This document shows positions 61,297-64,000 of a DNA stretch of 64,000 bases, in pieces. The translations under genes and the position numbers were made by a program. The stretch comes from Candidatus Daviesbacteria bacterium (GTDB lineage: Bacteria > Patescibacteriota > Microgenomatia > Daviesbacterales > UBA10151), in the NCBI GenBank assembly GCA_028687915.1, contig JAQTZF010000001.1, positions 866,634-930,633 of the forward strand, in the 5' to 3' direction. The number at the start of each line of letters is the position of its first letter. The first letter of the stretch is position 1. Under the pieces are notes generated by a model. The model searched no databases, was not told the DNA's origin, and saw only the letters and a list, made by a program, of their open reading frames with translations.

Positions 61297-62004
61297 TTAA
61301 AAAAGCTGGCCCTGAACAGCAAAGTCATCTGGATTAGATGTAATAATCTCTTTTCTGGTAATTTCTAACTTCCCATTTTTTCTTAACGGATAAGCAATAG
61401 TCACATGATTCCCCTGTATTTCACCATAATGTTCAAAATAATGAACTTCTCCTAAATGAACAGCTAAAGGAATATCTGGATGATGTCTGATAAAATCTGC
61501 TGCATTTGTAATATTAGCTCTTAAAGCTATCAGCTCTTCTAATTCCTCTGAGGTTAAATCTCTATTTAATATAAACCTTGATGTTTCCTGCCTTAAACGT
61601 TTTTCTTTCTCCGGATCTGTAAAAATATGGACTAATGCTTCTTCATTATGTGCTTTGTCATACTTTTCAAAATCTGAAAATACCCTCCATCCAGGACTTT
61701 TTTCTTTAATTAAATCTACGGTTACCGCCCTGCCCAAATCCCATGAATGAATCGCATAACCTTCAGATCCATCATATACCAATAAATCTCCGGCCAAAAA
61801 TCTAATGTAACCGCCATCGACTCTTGTTAGATCTTCATCTTTAAAACGTTTAATATCCTCATGTATACCATGCCTGTTTGCCACATCACTATGATATGTG
61901 GATCCTAATCTTTCTCCTGGTTGTGTAACATACAGACTGTTATCAAGACGAACAAACTTCACTTGATATACCCGCTCTGCTTCTGGTCCGTTATAAATTG
62001 CCAT
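61297..62004 (-). CDS. Hypothetical protein
   Basis: 235-aa ORF; TATAAT 7 nt upstream. Confidence 0.6.
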   Translation of the reverse strand: MAIYNGPEAERVYQVKFVRLDNSLYVTQPGERLGSTYHSDVANRHGIHEDIKRFKDEDLTRVDGGYIRFLAGDLLVYDGSEGYAIHSWDLGRAVTVDLIKEKSPGWRVFSDFEKYDKAHNEEALVHIFTDPEKEKRLRQETSRFILNRDLTSEELEELIALRANITNAADFIRHHPDIPLAVHLGEVHYFEHYGEIQGNHVTIAYPLRKNGKLEITRKEIITSNPDDFAVQGQLF

Positions 62005-62064
62005 TTTGGGGATTATATCTGATCAAATCCCAAAATTCTAGTTAGGGGAGATTAATCCATTATT

Positions 62065-62235
62065 TTAAAGTTTTAATAACTCTAAAGCTTTATAAAGTAC
62101 CACACCAGGCCAAAAGAGAGCTTTAATAATTCCAAGTATTCCTTCCTGAAAATTTGCAGCATGTTGAAGAAAATATACTAAAGCTCCTATTACACCAATT
62201 CCATATATAGCACCAGAACCAGCATTGTTTTTCAT
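62065..62235 (-). CDS. Small membrane protein (56 aa), not in ORF track
   Basis: MKNNAGSGAIYGIGVIGALVYFLQHAANFQEGILGIIKALFWPGVVLYKALELLKL*; SD-like GGGGGGTGA upstream. Confidence 0.75.
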   Translation of the reverse strand: MKNNAGSGAIYGIGVIGALVYFLQHAANFQEGILGIIKALFWPGVVLYKALELLKL

Positions 62236-62296
62236 ATTATCACCCCCCTCAATAAAATTTTAAAACTTTTCTAAAATTTAATCCAGAGGATTATCC

Positions 62297-63523
62297 TTAC
62301 CGACCCCCAGGTGGAGTAAATTTGGAACATTCATCTTTGTGTTGATCGCAATATTTATCACATTCTGCCTGAGACTTACATCCTCCAGGCCCTACTGCTC
62401 CTTCTGGCATTGGCCCACGATCACCACCGCCACGGTCATTTACCCGCTCTGATGAACCCCCAGGGCTTTCAGCTCTTATCCCAAAAAAGCTCAGAATCAT
62501 ACTAATTAATTTTTGGAAAAAGTTTCTGTCATCCTTTATTTCAGAATTTCTATCCCCGCTCCCTAAACCGCCCGCTTCTCCTTTATTATAATTTGGCTGA
62601 CCTCTAACTTCTGTTTGAACCTGTTTGCCAATTTTGGCCTCAAATTTTTGGGCATAATCAACCAAAGTCTTCATGGATTCCTTGGAACACCCTCCACCAC
62701 CTTGTTTGCCAGATTCTGTGATAGTTTTTTCCATACCCTGGTGTGTTTTTTCAAATACTTCACAATTTGTTGTTTTGGTATTGTAAATAGAAACTCTTTT
62801 GAGGTTTTTTAGGTTGTTAAGACAGGATAGATCTCCTGTAATATCAGGGTTTCCCGGATATTCATCTGCTATCCCCAATTCCTGCAGATTAGTTAAATTC
62901 TTAAGTGCACAAATATCTCCTTTAACATAAGTGCCACTCAAATAAAGAGCTTTTAAGTTTGGCATGTTGGCAAAAACACTAATATCTCCTGAAATATTTG
63001 TATGAGTCATAGCAAAATTTTCCAACTTAGTCAGATTTTTTAAACAAGCAATATCACCGGTAATTTTGGGATCAAAAGCAAATTTAATAATTCTAAGCTT
63101 AGTTGCATTAGCCAAAGAACAGATATCACCACCGACGTCTGGATTTGAATAAGGAGTCAGTACTTCAAGATTTATGAGGTTCTTTAAGTTTTCTATATCA
63201 CCCTTTACAACTCTGTCTGTGGAATCTAGATACTGTAAACAAGTCATATCTTTAAGTTGAGACATATCTTTAAGTAAGTCTATATTAGTAAGCTGCTGAA
63301 AAGTCTCATTAGGATAATACCCCTGATATGTTTTATTAGGATTAGTCCAGGTTGTTAAAGAGCCGGAAGAACAAGGCCCTATTTTTTCTCCTAAAACATT
63401 TTGAAGTTTGGAAGTTGGCAAAGATTGCTGTTGGGGAATACTTATCCCAATAGAAATAAAAAGGCTAAGCAGGATAGTAATAGCTATTACAATCAAAAGG
63501 TGAGCAGAGCCTTTTTCCCTCAT
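62297..63523 (-). CDS. Leucine-rich-repeat surface protein with prepilin-like N-terminus and Cys-rich tail
   Basis: Repeated GDIxxLxNLxxLxxL; MREKGSAHLLIVIAI; GPGGCKSQAECDKYC..C. Confidence 0.75.
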   Translation of the reverse strand: MREKGSAHLLIVIAITILLSLFISIGISIPQQQSLPTSKLQNVLGEKIGPCSSGSLTTWTNPNKTYQGYYPNETFQQLTNIDLLKDMSQLKDMTCLQYLDSTDRVVKGDIENLKNLINLEVLTPYSNPDVGGDICSLANATKLRIIKFAFDPKITGDIACLKNLTKLENFAMTHTNISGDISVFANMPNLKALYLSGTYVKGDICALKNLTNLQELGIADEYPGNPDITGDLSCLNNLKNLKRVSIYNTKTTNCEVFEKTHQGMEKTITESGKQGGGGCSKESMKTLVDYAQKFEAKIGKQVQTEVRGQPNYNKGEAGGLGSGDRNSEIKDDRNFFQKLISMILSFFGIRAESPGGSSERVNDRGGGDRGPMPEGAVGPGGCKSQAECDKYCDQHKDECSKFTPPGGR

Positions 63524-63601
63524 AAATAAACTATTTCATATCTATAATGAAAAATCAATAAACTTTTATAAAAGCTTGATTAAATTTGTTATAATATAAG
63601 A

Positions 63602-64000
63602 GTGATAAGAGGATTACTTATTTCTCTAATTGTAGTTATTATCTTTTTAAGTTTAATCTTATTGGTAGTAGTATTCCGTAACCCAGCTCCACAAGTTATA
63701 ATAGTTACCCCCACACCAACACCTACTCCAATTATTACCATAACACCATCAGTTACCTCTACTCCAAGCAGCAATATAATTATTACTTCTCCCCTTCCTA
63801 ATCAATTAGTTTCCAGCCCCATAACAATTTCAGGTAAAGCTGTGGGAAATTGGTTTTTTGAAGCTGTGGCTCCGGTAAAGCTTGTTGATGGAAATGGAAA
63901 TATTTTATCTCAGGGACAAATCGGGGCTCAGGGAGATTGGCAAACAAATAATTTTGTTCCCTTTATAGGAGAACTTACCTACTCTACTCCTAATACAAAT
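63602..64000 (+). CDS. Gmad2-like Ig-domain membrane protein (partial), not in ORF track
   Basis: From GTG 63602: TM, PT linker, SPLPNQLVSSPITISGKAVGNWFFEA..VKLVDGNG..GDWQTNNFVPF. Confidence 0.75.
   Translation, partial: MIRGLLISLIVVIIFLSLILLVVVFRNPAPQVIIVTPTPTPTPIITITPSVTSTPSSNIIITSPLPNQLVSSPITISGKAVGNWFFEAVAPVKLVDGNGNILSQGQIGAQGDWQTNNFVPFIGELTYSTPNTN

Larger units (their letters stand above)
56290..62293. repeat. Dispersed motif AATTTAATCCAG(..GGATTA) at gene junctions: 56290, 56995, 58777, 59312, ~62048, 62275, partial at 57677
   Basis: Exact AATTTAATCCAG three times (56995, 59312, 62275) and 1-mismatch copies at 56290 and 58777; 59291-59323 versus 62254-62286 match at 27/33 nt. Confidence 0.8.

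Noticed and set aside
56290-62293. Classical integron attC array
   Set aside because: No intI in the window; motifs are too short and lack R/L box structure

Overview
AT-rich bacterial window whose gene content and style point to Patescibacteria/CPR, probably Microgenomates-like (inference from TM-anchored cohesin proteins, PT-rich linkers, an RNHCP protein, extended S18/L31, and many genes with TATAAT just upstream of the start). (1) 0.2-21.8 kb: a minus-strand surface-protein cluster with two membrane-anchored cohesin proteins, three giant secreted modular proteins (1543, 2462, 1985 aa; one ends in a dockerin) and a catalytically dead GH-A-like protein. The giants reuse a ~110-aa two-Cys module (7 copies), a helical domain (3 copies) and PQQ-type propellers (3 copies). 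(2) 21.9-26.8 kb: a co-oriented ThiF-family adenylyltransferase, PaaK-like ligase and multi-TM sensor kinase, a candidate small-molecule signalling cassette. (3) 26.9-50.5 kb: mostly housekeeping genes (gmk, lgt, efp, pepA, tRNA-Leu, dnaB, manC-like, hisS, rpmE, prfA, prmC, pyrH, ctpA-like, rpsR, ssb, rpsF), plus a palindromic element found once intergenically and once in frame inside prmC. (4) 50.5-64 kb: an accessory region around ychF, where unrelated small genes are separated by copied ends of neighbouring genes and a recurring TAATCC-N2-4-GGATTA motif, with no integrase in the window. All calls are from motif recognition by eye; no database searches were run.
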